Assembly (NCBI GenBank): GCA_963664015.2 | Contig: CAXXLF010000001.1 | Location: 160,001-224,000 of the forward strand | Length of the DNA stretch: 64,000 nt | From: Candidatus Binatia bacterium | GTDB lineage: Bacteria > Desulfobacterota > Binatia > UBA9968 > CAXXLF01 | Reading direction: 5' to 3' | In this document: positions 50,636-61,108 of the stretch, piece after piece | How the letters are laid out: every line of letters begins with the position of its first letter | Numbering within the stretch: position 1 is the first letter of the stretch | Notes under the pieces: model-generated | The model's database searches: none | What the model was told of the DNA's origin: nothing | What the model saw: only the letters and a program-made list of their open reading frames with translations | Made by a program: the position numbers and the translations under genes

Positions 50636-52198
50636 CTACTTATCCAGCCAGGTCCTGGTCAAACCTCCGCCACCCCAAACGAAGCGGCCGCCGCTGCTGT
50701 CTGTACTGAATCCCTTGACATGGTTTTTAAACGTGAAGAAGCGGGGCACGAAACCCACTGGCACAACTGGCAAATCTTCGTTCAACTGGGAGATAATCCT
50801 ACCCAATATCTTTTGCCGCTTGGCCTGATCCAGCTCGACGTCAAGTTCGAGGAACCACTTCTCCACGTCCTGGTTGCAATAACCACTCCAGTTGGATGCC
50901 CGCTTCTTGGGATCCTGACAGGTAAACTGGCTGCGGTAGGTGGAGATGGGATCAGTATAATAACCACCGCCAACCATATCCATGGTTGTATCACCGGCGC
51001 GGATCTGAGCGCGACGGGCGCCGTACTCGAACACCGCCAACTCGACATTCATCCCGATCTTTCTCATCTGGGCCTGGAAAGCAATGGACATGGCCTCCAC
51101 TGTCTCGCCCTTCTCGATCTTCATAACGATCTTTTGCCCTTTGTAACCGGACTCTTTCAGGAACTTCTTCGCCTTGGCAACGTCATAATTTGGAGCCGCT
51201 ATCCCATTGATGTACCAAAAATGGCCTTTGGGATATTTCTGGTCTGCGGTTTCGCCAAAGCCAAAGAAAGCCGCTTCAAGGATCTCCTTCTTGTCCATTC
51301 CATGAACAACGGCGAGACGCATTTTTAAATTATCGAAGGGCGTATCGACCACGTTGAAGAACATTGCGCGATAGCCAGAAGTGGCCGCTTTGGCCGTACC
51401 AAACTGTTTGAACTTACCACTGGCAACCTGTTTCACCCACTCATAGGGTGTCCTCTCGATGATATCCACATCGCCGGCGCGCAGGGCGGTAAACCGCACC
51501 GTAGAGTTTCTGATTGGACGAAGTATCACCCGGTCCAGGTAGGGCTTGGTTCCCCAGTAGTCCTTGTTAAGATCGAAAACGATTCGTTGCCGGGGTTTCC
51601 ATTCGGTAAACCGGAAGGGCCCTGTTCCCGGTGGGTACTCGGAAGGCTTGATGGACTTGATGGACCCCTTGGGAATCACAGAGAAGGCCTTGATGTCACT
51701 TAGCGCCGAAAGAAAGGCGGAACTGCGTTCCTTGAGATATATCTTCAGTGTATGCTTGTCGACCACCTTGACCCCTTCGACTAAAGCCAGTCTGGAGCGG
51801 CCATAGGCGCCATTTTCTGGGTCCATGGTATAATCCATGGCATATTTGGCATCCTCCGCCGTCACCTCTTGGCCGTTGTGAAACTTCATTCCTTTACGAA
51901 GGCGAAAGGTGTAGAGCTTACCGTCTTTGGATATCTCATACGATTCGGCCAACTGGGGCTTGATCGCTCCGGTTTCATCCAAGAACAGCAAGCTTTCAAA
52001 AATCAGGTCACGGATCGATTGGTCCGTCGACATCGTCCGGATCAGCGGGTTCAAGGTGCTGATATCTTTCCGTATACCCATGGTCAAGGTCCCCCCACGT
52101 TTGGGTTGGCCCATTACTTCTCCCACAGAGATGACCATGGGAAACATCAATCCCATGACCAATGCCAGAATTAGGAATCGATTCCTCTTCAAATTCAT
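50636..52198 (-). CDS. ABC substrate-binding protein family 5 (peptide/nickel type), orphan
   Basis: PKRGGTL, LAESYEIS.DG..YTFRLRKG.KFHNG, GTGPF. AAGGAGG RBS. Confidence 0.92.
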   Translation of the reverse strand: MNLKRNRFLILALVMGLMFPMVISVGEVMGQPKRGGTLTMGIRKDISTLNPLIRTMSTDQSIRDLIFESLLFLDETGAIKPQLAESYEISKDGKLYTFRLRKGMKFHNGQEVTAEDAKYAMDYTMDPENGAYGRSRLALVEGVKVVDKHTLKIYLKERSSAFLSALSDIKAFSVIPKGSIKSIKPSEYPPGTGPFRFTEWKPRQRIVFDLNKDYWGTKPYLDRVILRPIRNSTVRFTALRAGDVDIIERTPYEWVKQVASGKFKQFGTAKAATSGYRAMFFNVVDTPFDNLKMRLAVVHGMDKKEILEAAFFGFGETADQKYPKGHFWYINGIAAPNYDVAKAKKFLKESGYKGQKIVMKIEKGETVEAMSIAFQAQMRKIGMNVELAVFEYGARRAQIRAGDTTMDMVGGGYYTDPISTYRSQFTCQDPKKRASNWSGYCNQDVEKWFLELDVELDQAKRQKILGRIISQLNEDLPVVPVGFVPRFFTFKNHVKGFSTDSSGGRFVWGGGGLTRTWLDK

Positions 52199-52258
52199 AA
52201 ACAACTCCTCCTTATTCATATCGGTGTTCAATTGGAATGAACCGTATCATTGTTAGGG

Positions 52259-53311
52259 TCAAAAATCAGCATCTTCACCATGCTCGACCATGAGGAACCC
52301 CAGATTTTCCATGTACGGCCGATCATGGTGGATAAGAAACCGCGTCGTCTCAACTCCCGTATTGAAATGCTGATGCCAGGCGAAGGGCGGGATGCAAAGC
52401 GAGTCACTTTTTTTCCAGTCAAACCTCTGGTCTTCAATGATGCTGTAACCGCTACCCGAGATCACGTAGTTGGTTTCTTCATAGGCATGGCGATGGGCTC
52501 CCGACCTCTTCCCGGACGGGATCTCAGCAACCAGGGTCCCCAGCGTTCTGACGTGAAAGCCCGCGGAGGGGTCCACCACGATGGCAACATTCCCCATGCG
52601 TGTCGATTCGAAAACCAGGTCTTCATCTCGCACCAGAACCTTGCCCGCCCTTCGATCGACCTCCTCCTGGCTGGCAAACCCCTGGGCCACAACGTAGAGC
52701 CGATCGGTCTTGTTCTTGGCCTTGTTGGGGTCCGTGCCGCCCAGGGCTACCTTCGTGCTGCCTTCCGGTGCCCCGCTCTTCCCGGGGATGAGGGTCCTCA
52801 GTTGTTCTTCGCCTTTCTGTGCGAAGATCCAATGTTCTGGGTAACGCTCGTCTTCGTAGACCGCAAGCCCAAGATACATGGAGAGCGGTCCTGTAGTCGC
52901 CGCCACGTAGGTCATATAATCGCTCTCGACAACATGACGGTGCCAGGCAAACATGGGCACACATATAAAATCCCCGGGCTTCCAGGGATAGTCGATCCCG
53001 TCGATGACGCTGAAGCCTTTACCGCCCTCGACGTAAATCACGGCCTCGACCGTATGTCGATGCCCCAGGGTTTTCCACTGCTCGTTTCTTTGCTTTGAAC
53101 TAGCTCGATCCTTCCAGAAGCGAAAACTCTTCTGGTTGGAACCGGTCCGAGGATCGAAGATGAGAATATGATTGTGATCCTTAAGTTGGTCCTCGATATC
53201 CTCAGCGGGAACATAAATCGGCGCTTTCTTTCGACGCTCCAACTCTTCTTTGGCAAAGGTCACGAGTTCCATGCCCAGCCGTTGGTGATCTTCTTTTTTT
53301 AAAACTGCCAT
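52259..53311 (-). CDS. Bicupin protein (gentisate dioxygenase-like)
   Basis: HRHTVE...WHRH and HRHAYE...WHQH motifs. Confidence 0.85.
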   Translation of the reverse strand: MAVLKKEDHQRLGMELVTFAKEELERRKKAPIYVPAEDIEDQLKDHNHILIFDPRTGSNQKSFRFWKDRASSKQRNEQWKTLGHRHTVEAVIYVEGGKGFSVIDGIDYPWKPGDFICVPMFAWHRHVVESDYMTYVAATTGPLSMYLGLAVYEDERYPEHWIFAQKGEEQLRTLIPGKSGAPEGSTKVALGGTDPNKAKNKTDRLYVVAQGFASQEEVDRRAGKVLVRDEDLVFESTRMGNVAIVVDPSAGFHVRTLGTLVAEIPSGKRSGAHRHAYEETNYVISGSGYSIIEDQRFDWKKSDSLCIPPFAWHQHFNTGVETTRFLIHHDRPYMENLGFLMVEHGEDADF

Positions 53312-53642
53312 TTTCAGTTACGCTACCTTTACTTGATTTACCTCGTATACTTTCGAAGCACCCTTAGAATAGATCGTGATCATGCGTGCCTAATGCCTCC
53401 CTTTTGGGGAACAGTTCCATCTGTGTGACGGATTCGCACATGATCAATTAATAATCATAGGGTGCGCGTCGGGGGAATTCGAGACTGCCTCTTCGGCCTA
53501 CACGGGAGGAAAATCTGCCCCACCACAAGTTTCTAAGTGTCGGTTGGCGATTTTTACTCCAAGTTTGTTGGGTGAACAGCTTTTACGGCTACGAAGTCGA
53601 TCCTGCTCCCCTTCCAATCCCCGTAAGCGTACCTCGCTTATT

Positions 53643-54632
53643 CTACGCCGACAGCCGCTGTTTTCCTCCATCATTGCCATAAAGCTCATCAATGAAGCCG
53701 CTATCGTCGATCATTCTCAAATAATGAGTATCCCACGTCTCCAGTGGGCCTATAAAATTAACCTTTGGATCGTGGGCTACGTCGAGGTTATAGACGTTCC
53801 ATATGGCCATCGGATGGGGATAGGGCTTTGCACTAAGCAGTTCGCTCCATTGCTGGTGCAAGTACTCAACCTCGTCGTCCCCCTTTAAACCAACCATGGG
53901 GGCCAGTTCGCGGCTCAAAATCTCGCAGACCTTCTGCTTTTCCGTCTTGAAAAAGTGGATGGTTTCGATCAGCGCCTTAAGGAACGTGGTGACCTTCTCC
54001 TCGTTGTGACGTACGAACTCGGTGCTGGCACAAATCGTAGTATTATGGATAACCGGGACCGAGGGGAGTTTGAGAACGTTTAGGCCTCGCTTTTTCGCTT
54101 GAAGATCAAAGGGGATATCCACGTTGGCTGCATCGACCTCCCCACTGGCCACCCGATCCACAGCCACGTCTCCCTTGCCGGAAAGCTTGTCGTTGAATAG
54201 AAACTCTACCTTGGAGGTATCCACACCGGCCAATGTCAGGGCATGGTCCAGGTTGCCGCTAACACAGGGCGCATTATTAGTAGTAATCCTCTTTCCTTCG
54301 AGCTGCTTCACGTCCGTAATGTCAGGACGGGCTATCAGACGGTCATCCCAATCATTCTGGGTTTGGGCTAGGTATACGAACCGCTTATCTCCCTTGGCTC
54401 GGTACACATAGGGCTCGTGGTGCAGACCGCTCAAGAAGTCGTAGTCACCGTTTAAAAGCGTGGGGGCACGGTCCGGCATGCTTCGAATCGCTCTCCCCCC
54501 TTGGGGGTACCGGGCAATATCGACTTCCAGCTCAAATCCGTGCTTCTGGGTCACCCCAGAATCCCTAAAAGTAAAGTGCAGTGGCATATGGGAAATCGCG
54601 CTGCTAAGCATTCTTATTTTTCCAAGACCCAT
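53643..54632 (-). CDS. SsuA/THI5/TauA-like PBP2-fold protein lacking a signal peptide
   Basis: KHGFELEV, LIARPDITDVKQLEGKRI, GEVDAA, FLKALIETIHF. No hydrophobic N-terminus. Confidence 0.75.
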   Translation of the reverse strand: MGLGKIRMLSSAISHMPLHFTFRDSGVTQKHGFELEVDIARYPQGGRAIRSMPDRAPTLLNGDYDFLSGLHHEPYVYRAKGDKRFVYLAQTQNDWDDRLIARPDITDVKQLEGKRITTNNAPCVSGNLDHALTLAGVDTSKVEFLFNDKLSGKGDVAVDRVASGEVDAANVDIPFDLQAKKRGLNVLKLPSVPVIHNTTICASTEFVRHNEEKVTTFLKALIETIHFFKTEKQKVCEILSRELAPMVGLKGDDEVEYLHQQWSELLSAKPYPHPMAIWNVYNLDVAHDPKVNFIGPLETWDTHYLRMIDDSGFIDELYGNDGGKQRLSA

Positions 54633-54850
54633 GTTATACTACCCCTTTTCATTAGATAACCTTATGGCTCCAGATAGACTCGTTAGGATAGTATTAGGCG
54701 CCTTTGAAGTCAACACTTAAGGCGGTTCGACTGGGCGATAGGCTCAGTTATCTTGATGCCTCCAATTCGAATTAAAGCGCCATAATATTCGATAATTACC
54801 TCCATTTTGGACATAGACCTCGTGAATATCCAAAACCTCAATCCGGTCAG

Positions 54851-56275
54851 ATGAGCACTACCGAGGCTTCACCGGTTTACCGGTGGTTGATATTTGCTAT
54901 CACGGGCTCCGGGGTTTTCTTGGCCACCAGCGCCGTGACCATTGTCAACGTTGCCCTTCCATTTATCACACAGGACTTTCAATCGGAGATCTCGACAACC
55001 CAATGGGTCGTGCTTGTTTATCTCCTGACGACCTCCAGCTTCCTTATCAATTTTGGCCGTTTGGGGGACATTTTTACCCCCTACCGGCTGCACTACATTG
55101 GCCTGATCACCTTCACCTGCGGCTCCCTTCTCTGCAGTCTTGCTCAATCGGTAGAGGCACTTGTAGCACTTAGGGTTTTGCAAGGTTTGGGAGGAGCGAT
55201 GATCATTTCCAACTGCCCGGGGACCGTAACCGCCGCATTCCCACCCCAACAGAGGGGAAGAATCATCGGACTTCAAGCAGGAGTGGTTGGTTTTTCTCTT
55301 TCCATTGGCCCGACCATCGCCGGTTTTTTAATTGGATGGTTCGGATGGCGATCGGTTTTTCTTTACAACGTCCCCTTTGGGATTTTGGGAATTCTAATCG
55401 GTTGGCTCATCCCCGCTCCCCAACGAATACCCCAGAAGCTTCACATTGATATTATTGGCGGAATCTTACTATTCACTTCTGTCATCAATTTCGTTCTCGC
55501 TATCAATCGGGCCCGAGATCTCGGTTGGTCCTCCCCCGTGGTCTTATTGTTGTTCACCATTTTCCTCGTTTCTTTGATCGCATTCTTCATCACCGAGGCG
55601 CGAGTTTCGCATCCCATGCTCGACCTCCATCTCTTTCGCAATCGGGTCTTTGCCATCGCCCAAGCAGGGAACTTCCTCAGCCACATGGCCACATTCGGGA
55701 TATTTCTTCTCATTCCCTTTTACCTGATCGGTATCTTAAAAGTCTCCGCCGAGGAGTCTGGTTTGATCCTGCTTCCCTTAACTGTCACAATGGTTATCAT
55801 TAGCCCTTTCAGCGGAAGCCTTGCCGACCGTTTTGGCTCCAAGTGGCCCTCCATCTTAGGGATCTCCCTGATATGTCTCGGTCTGTATTCTCTCACCTCC
55901 CTTACCCAGGATTCCTCGGTTTTTGGAGTGGTCCTTCGTCTCACCCTGATAGGATTGGGGCGAGCCGTATATCAGGCTCCTAATACGAGCGCGACCTTGA
56001 GCTCTGCGTCCAGGGAACGGGTAGGTGTCGCAGGAGGCATTTATGCAACCATGAGGCATCTGGGGAATCTCTCCGGCATAGCGATCGTGGGTAGCTACTT
56101 TAGCGCCCGCCAGGCAGCGCGACTGGCAGATCAGAGTTTTATCGGTTCGACCGAAGACCTTCGTATTGCATCCTTTATCGGGCCGTTGCACGAAACCTTC
56201 ACGCTTTCCCTGGGCATTGCAATTCTTTTATTGGTCATAACCTTTTTTCAGAATACCTCCCCCCAAAGATCGTGA
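54851..56275 (+). CDS. MFS transporter, DHA2 (EmrB/QacA-like, 14 TM)
   Basis: IVNVALP, GRLGD, RVLQGLGG, GWRSVFLYNVP, PMLDLHLF. Confidence 0.92.
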   Translation: MSTTEASPVYRWLIFAITGSGVFLATSAVTIVNVALPFITQDFQSEISTTQWVVLVYLLTTSSFLINFGRLGDIFTPYRLHYIGLITFTCGSLLCSLAQSVEALVALRVLQGLGGAMIISNCPGTVTAAFPPQQRGRIIGLQAGVVGFSLSIGPTIAGFLIGWFGWRSVFLYNVPFGILGILIGWLIPAPQRIPQKLHIDIIGGILLFTSVINFVLAINRARDLGWSSPVVLLLFTIFLVSLIAFFITEARVSHPMLDLHLFRNRVFAIAQAGNFLSHMATFGIFLLIPFYLIGILKVSAEESGLILLPLTVTMVIISPFSGSLADRFGSKWPSILGISLICLGLYSLTSLTQDSSVFGVVLRLTLIGLGRAVYQAPNTSATLSSASRERVGVAGGIYATMRHLGNLSGIAIVGSYFSARQAARLADQSFIGSTEDLRIASFIGPLHETFTLSLGIAILLLVITFFQNTSPQRS

Positions 56276-56426
56276 GGATGAAACCACGTCATTGGGGCGT
56301 CCATGGCAACTGTGTGTTTCACAAGAACCTTCTGGGGAAACGCCCCGCTGGGGTCCTGTGAATTGCCACGATTATTCCATTGCTTACGTTAAAACACCTA
56401 GAATCGAGAATATGGTAAGATAAGCC

Positions 56427-57680
56427 ATGCCTTCGGATCGATTTGACCTGACCGTGATAGGTGCGGGGATAGTGGGCTTATCCACGGCTATGCACCTCCA
56501 AGAGAAATATCCCAAGGCCAAGATGGCCGTGCTGGAGAAAGAACCTGCAGTGGCAATGCATCAAAGCGGTCACAATAGTGGAGTGATTCATTCGGGCATC
56601 TACTACAAGCCGGGAACCGTCAAGGCTCAACTGTGTGTTGCCGGGAGGAAGTCACTTCTGGAGTTTTGCGACCAACATGGTGTCTCATACGACCTTTGCG
56701 GCAAGGTCATTGTCGCGACCTGCAAAGAAGAGATCCCTCAGCTTGATGAACTCATGCAACGAGGCCAAGCCAATGGGGTAGAGAAACTAGAGATGATAGG
56801 TCCAGAACGACTGAGGGAGATAGAACCCCATGCCCAGGGCGTCCAGGCGCTTCACTCGCCCTCCACAGGCATCATTGATTTTCCTCAGGTCGCTCACGCC
56901 ATGGCCAAACAATTTCAGGACCTGGGAGGCGAGATTCTAACCTCGTGCCGGGTCCGTGGACTTGACCGAGGCAACTCGGGATGGACAATTAGGACAGGTT
57001 CGGGAGAGATCGGCACCCATTACTTGGTCAACTGTGCGGGACTCTTCTCCGACCGTGTAGCGCGAATGACAAAAGCCCATACCCGGGACAAAAATTCACA
57101 GGTAGGGGAATTGCAAATTGTCCCCTTTCGAGGAGAATTTTTTCAGCTGATTCCCGAAAAGCGACACCTGGTTCGGGGGTTGATCTATCCGGTACCGGAT
57201 CCTAAATTGCCCTTTTTGGGGGTCCATTGTAGCCGAACGGTGCAGGGTCAGGTAGAAATGGGACCCAATGCGGTGCTCGCTTTTGCTAGAGAAGGCTACC
57301 GAAAACACGACATCAATCTTTACGATCTATGGCAAATCATTTCCTTCAAAGGCTTCTGGACGCTAGCTCACACCCACTGGAGCACAGGGATGGATGAATT
57401 TTGGAGATCCATCAGCAAATCGGCTTTTGTGAAGTCACTTCAGCAACTCCTACCGAATGCCAGATCGGAGTATTTGACGCCTGCAAGGAGTGGCGTTCGG
57501 GCCCAGGCGGTTTCCGCCAACGGACGCTTATTAGACGACTTCGTCATAGCCCCGGAACCCAACGCCATTCATGTCTTAAATGCCCCCTCACCCGGAGCAA
57601 CGGCCTCACTTGCCATCGGGAAAGAAATTCGGGACATGATGGGAGAAATGTTTTCCTCGGCCCTGGAGAAGTTTCATTAA
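56427..57680 (+). CDS. lhgO: L-2-hydroxyglutarate oxidase
   Basis: IGAGIVG, HQSGHNSGVIHSGIYY, YPVPDP.LPFLGVH, NAPSPGATASL. Confidence 0.9.
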   Translation: MPSDRFDLTVIGAGIVGLSTAMHLQEKYPKAKMAVLEKEPAVAMHQSGHNSGVIHSGIYYKPGTVKAQLCVAGRKSLLEFCDQHGVSYDLCGKVIVATCKEEIPQLDELMQRGQANGVEKLEMIGPERLREIEPHAQGVQALHSPSTGIIDFPQVAHAMAKQFQDLGGEILTSCRVRGLDRGNSGWTIRTGSGEIGTHYLVNCAGLFSDRVARMTKAHTRDKNSQVGELQIVPFRGEFFQLIPEKRHLVRGLIYPVPDPKLPFLGVHCSRTVQGQVEMGPNAVLAFAREGYRKHDINLYDLWQIISFKGFWTLAHTHWSTGMDEFWRSISKSAFVKSLQQLLPNARSEYLTPARSGVRAQAVSANGRLLDDFVIAPEPNAIHVLNAPSPGATASLAIGKEIRDMMGEMFSSALEKFH

Positions 57681-57732
57681 CAATCAGTGATCAACTCTAA
57701 GACAAAATAGCGAATCGGAGGAATCTCTTATT

Positions 57733-58260
57733 ATGATAATCGAATTCAATGGTCACAGGCCAAAAATCTCTCCCAAAGCATTTATCGCTCCCACCGCAGT
57801 TCTCATTGGAGATGTCACCGTCGAGGAGGACTCGAGCATCTGGTTTGGAGCGGTCCTGCGTTCCGACGAGAACGAGAACCCCATTGTCGTTAAATCGCGT
57901 ACCAGCATTCAGGACAATTGTGTCATTCATTCGGGCGAGGCGCCCACGATTTTCGAAGAAGATGTAACCGTCGGCCATGGAGCGATCCTGGAAGGAGCCC
58001 TAGTACACCGGGGTGCCATCATTGGAATGAACGCTACGATTTTAGATAACACGGAAATTGGCGAGGAGTCCCTCATCGCCGCCGGTAGCGTGGTTGTTCC
58101 CCATACCAAGATCCCGCCCCGCGTTCTCGCCGCGGGTAGTCCCGCTAAAGTCAAAAAGGAAATCAGCGGCGAGGCATTGAACTGGATCCAGATGGGCTCT
58201 TCCACTTACGTAAAGCTTTGCCAACAGTATCTTGGTGGAGCCTACAAGATAATCGGATAG
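57733..58260 (+). CDS. Gamma carbonic anhydrase family (YrdA/PaaY-like)
   Basis: Hexapeptide repeats, IWFGAVLRSD, IQDNCVIH, VTVGH. Confidence 0.9.
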   Translation: MIIEFNGHRPKISPKAFIAPTAVLIGDVTVEEDSSIWFGAVLRSDENENPIVVKSRTSIQDNCVIHSGEAPTIFEEDVTVGHGAILEGALVHRGAIIGMNATILDNTEIGEESLIAAGSVVVPHTKIPPRVLAAGSPAKVKKEISGEALNWIQMGSSTYVKLCQQYLGGAYKIIG

Positions 58261-58272
58261 ATGTCCGTTGGG

Positions 58273-59094
58273 TTATCTCTGACAGGTGGGGCAAAAATAA
58301 GCGCCACGATTTCCCATTCGCATCCGTTTAATCGTTCGTGAGCAAACCCGACACGGCTCCCCATCGCGATTATAAACAGCGAGCCGGCTCTGAAACTCGC
58401 CCTTGCGGTCGTTACCATCTCGGTAATCCGAGAACGACGTCCCCCTCCAACGAATGGCTTGTGCCAGAATCTGGGGAATCGCCCTTGCCAACCTTTCAGC
58501 CTCACGGATTGTGACCGTTCGTGCCCTGCGGCTTGGACGCAGCCCGGCCTGGAACAAGGCTTCGTTGGCATAGATGTTTCCAAGTCCCGCTAGCACTGTC
58601 TGATCAAGGAGCAAGTCCCGCACTTTCCGTTTGGAACCCCTCATCAACGAACGAAAATGAGGACCGTTTATCGCTTCGCTCAAAGGATCCACCCCGAGCC
58701 TACCCAACGGGGACCATCGGTCAAGGTCCCGTAAGGGAAGCACTACCGCAAGACCAAAGCGGCGTGGATCGTGAAAGACAATTCCCCCTCCGCTCTTGAA
58801 GTTAACGATAATATGGGCGTGCTTCTCCCTCGGCCGACAGGCTCTCCAATAAACCAACTTACCAGTCATACCCAGATGTATGACCCAGACCCGGTCCGAC
58901 TCCAAGCTGACCAGGATATATTTACCTTTACGTCTAACATCAGTGATGGACTGGCCGTTCAGCAGGTTTTCGAAATCCATTGGAACCGGGATCCGCAAGC
59001 GTCGCTCCCTAACCTCAACTCGGGTAATTTTCCGCCCGCGAATGAGTGGGGCCAAGGTCCGGCAAACGGTCTCAACCTCTGGAAGTTCGGGCAT
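58273..59094 (-). CDS. mutM: Formamidopyrimidine-DNA glycosylase
   Basis: MPELPEVET, HLGMTG, GLGNIYANE, C-terminal Zn finger. Confidence 0.97.
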   Translation of the reverse strand: MPELPEVETVCRTLAPLIRGRKITRVEVRERRLRIPVPMDFENLLNGQSITDVRRKGKYILVSLESDRVWVIHLGMTGKLVYWRACRPREKHAHIIVNFKSGGGIVFHDPRRFGLAVVLPLRDLDRWSPLGRLGVDPLSEAINGPHFRSLMRGSKRKVRDLLLDQTVLAGLGNIYANEALFQAGLRPSRRARTVTIREAERLARAIPQILAQAIRWRGTSFSDYRDGNDRKGEFQSRLAVYNRDGEPCRVCSRTIKRMRMGNRGAYFCPTCQR

Positions 59095-59099
59095 CAGCC

Positions 59100-59981
59100 T
59101 TAATGATGGGAGTCCAGCAGCGTGTCCCCTTTCAGGGACTCGCCTAGCTCCAGAGAAGTCGCCAAACGAATAAATTCTTCTACACTCAAAGTCTCTCCTC
59201 GACGGCGCGGGTCAATGCCCTGCTGCCGCAGCAACTGCTCCACCTCGGATCCGTTTTTTCCGAGTAACTTTCTCAATGCATTACTCAAGACCTTTCGTCT
59301 CTGACCAAAACTGGCACGCAAAAGACTACGCAGAGCGGGAAAATGTTCGGAACCAATAAGTGGTTCTGGATAAAGCCCAATCTTGAGAATGGTAGATCGC
59401 ACGTGAGGCCGAGGAAAGAAGGCTTCGGCGGAAACTCGGTGCCGGGCTAAAATCCGGCCGTGGACCTGACACCAGACGGAAAGGGTGCCGTAAGTCTTGG
59501 TCCCCCTGGATGCCGCCATACGATCGGCAACCTCTTCCTGGACCATCAACACCACAGAGGAGAAACGATCCCGCTCTTGGAAGATTTTGAATAACACGGG
59601 CGTGGCAATGCTATAGGGAAGGTTGGCAACTATTTTGACCCGGTGACTGGGTAAAATTTCCCCCAGATTAATTTTAAGGATGTCGTCTTGGATGAGCGTT
59701 AGAGATGGCTGATAGCCAATGGGACTGCGTTGCAGCCATTCGGCTAACAACCGATCGATCTCAACCGCCCAGACCTGTTTCGAACTGGCTACCAATCGAC
59801 GGGTCAGGAAACCCAATCCGGGACCAATTTCCAAGACCTCCTCGGTCCCACCCAGGTCCAAATAGCCCATAATAATATCGATGATCTGCTCATGGATGAG
59901 AAAATTCTGACCGAGGCGTTTACTCGGCCTGAGTCCCAATTCCCGACAGACCGTCCTGGCCTCTTGATACAGTGAAGCCAT
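59100..59981 (-). CDS. rsmA: 16S rRNA m6,6A dimethyltransferase
   Basis: KRLGQNFL, EIGPGLG, ANLPYSI, FGQRRK. Confidence 0.96.
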   Translation of the reverse strand: MASLYQEARTVCRELGLRPSKRLGQNFLIHEQIIDIIMGYLDLGGTEEVLEIGPGLGFLTRRLVASSKQVWAVEIDRLLAEWLQRSPIGYQPSLTLIQDDILKINLGEILPSHRVKIVANLPYSIATPVLFKIFQERDRFSSVVLMVQEEVADRMAASRGTKTYGTLSVWCQVHGRILARHRVSAEAFFPRPHVRSTILKIGLYPEPLIGSEHFPALRSLLRASFGQRRKVLSNALRKLLGKNGSEVEQLLRQQGIDPRRRGETLSVEEFIRLATSLELGESLKGDTLLDSHH

Positions 59982-60070
59982 GATCAATAGTCAACAATTA
60001 ATAAATGACAAAAGAAGCCCGGGAAGACGGAAGGGCACTATTGAGTAATAACGAATGACGATTAACAGCT

Positions 60071-61078
60071 TCAAAGGGTTAGATCGGGATCTGCGTTTAG
60101 ACAAACCTCGTCACGCCTGCCCTGTCTGAGACTGTGGTAACCGGCCAGGGCAATCATGGCGGCATTGTCAGTGCAAAAGCGGATGGAAGAATAATAGACC
60201 TCTGCACCCACCTGGCGTCCCTTTTCCTCCATCCGAGCCCGTAACCGGCTGTTGGCTGAAACACCACCGGCTAAGACCACCCGCATAATTCCAAACTCTT
60301 CCACTGCCTTGAGAGTAGGCGTCAAGAGCATATCGACCACTGCTTCCTGAAAGCTAGCCGCGATGTCAGCTTTGTGCTCTTCCCAGCCAGCGTGTTTTTC
60401 ATCTTTCAGATAATGCAGGACAGAAGTCTTGATGCCGCTAAAGCTGAAGTCATACGACACTGGCTTAATTCGCTTAATTCGAGAACGGGGGAATGCGATA
60501 GCTCTGGGATTTCCCTTCTGTGCCAGCTCGTCGATAACTCTACCGCCGGGATAGCCCAGGCCCATGAGTTTAGCCACCTTATCATAGGCCTCACCGGCCG
60601 CATCATCCCGGGTCCCCCCGAGATAGTGATACTGACTCAATCCGCGCACCAGGTAGAGCAGCGTATGACCACCGGAAGCCAACAGGGCAATGTATGGGAA
60701 GGGCACATCCCTTTCAAGAAAGATGGCTAACAGATGGGCCTCTAGATGGTTCACCCCGACAAAGGGGATCCCCCAACGAAAAGCGAGCGCCTTAACCATG
60801 GAAAGCCCGACGAGAAGAGAGCCTGCCAGTCCAGGGCCATAAGTCACGGCCAGCCCGTCCAGATCCTTAAGGCCAATTTCCGCTTCCCTCAGAGCGCGAT
60901 CCACCATGGGAAGAACCTGGCGCACATGTTGACGCGAGGCGAGTTCAGGGACCACACCGCCGTAGGGACTGTGAACCCCGTCTTGAGAAGAAACCAAATT
61001 TGATAGGATCTCACGGCCGTCCAGAAGGACTGCCGCCGCTGTATCGTCGCATGACGTTTCGACTCCTAGGACCAACAT
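60071..61078 (-). CDS. tsaD: tRNA t6A threonylcarbamoyltransferase
   Basis: GVETSCDDT, GGVVPELASR, HLEAH, DDAAGEAYDK, TDNAAM. Confidence 0.97.
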   Translation of the reverse strand: MLVLGVETSCDDTAAAVLLDGREILSNLVSSQDGVHSPYGGVVPELASRQHVRQVLPMVDRALREAEIGLKDLDGLAVTYGPGLAGSLLVGLSMVKALAFRWGIPFVGVNHLEAHLLAIFLERDVPFPYIALLASGGHTLLYLVRGLSQYHYLGGTRDDAAGEAYDKVAKLMGLGYPGGRVIDELAQKGNPRAIAFPRSRIKRIKPVSYDFSFSGIKTSVLHYLKDEKHAGWEEHKADIAASFQEAVVDMLLTPTLKAVEEFGIMRVVLAGGVSANSRLRARMEEKGRQVGAEVYYSSIRFCTDNAAMIALAGYHSLRQGRRDEVCLNADPDLTL

Positions 61079-61108
61079 ACCAATAAAGCCCTCACGGATT
61101 TATGTGGA

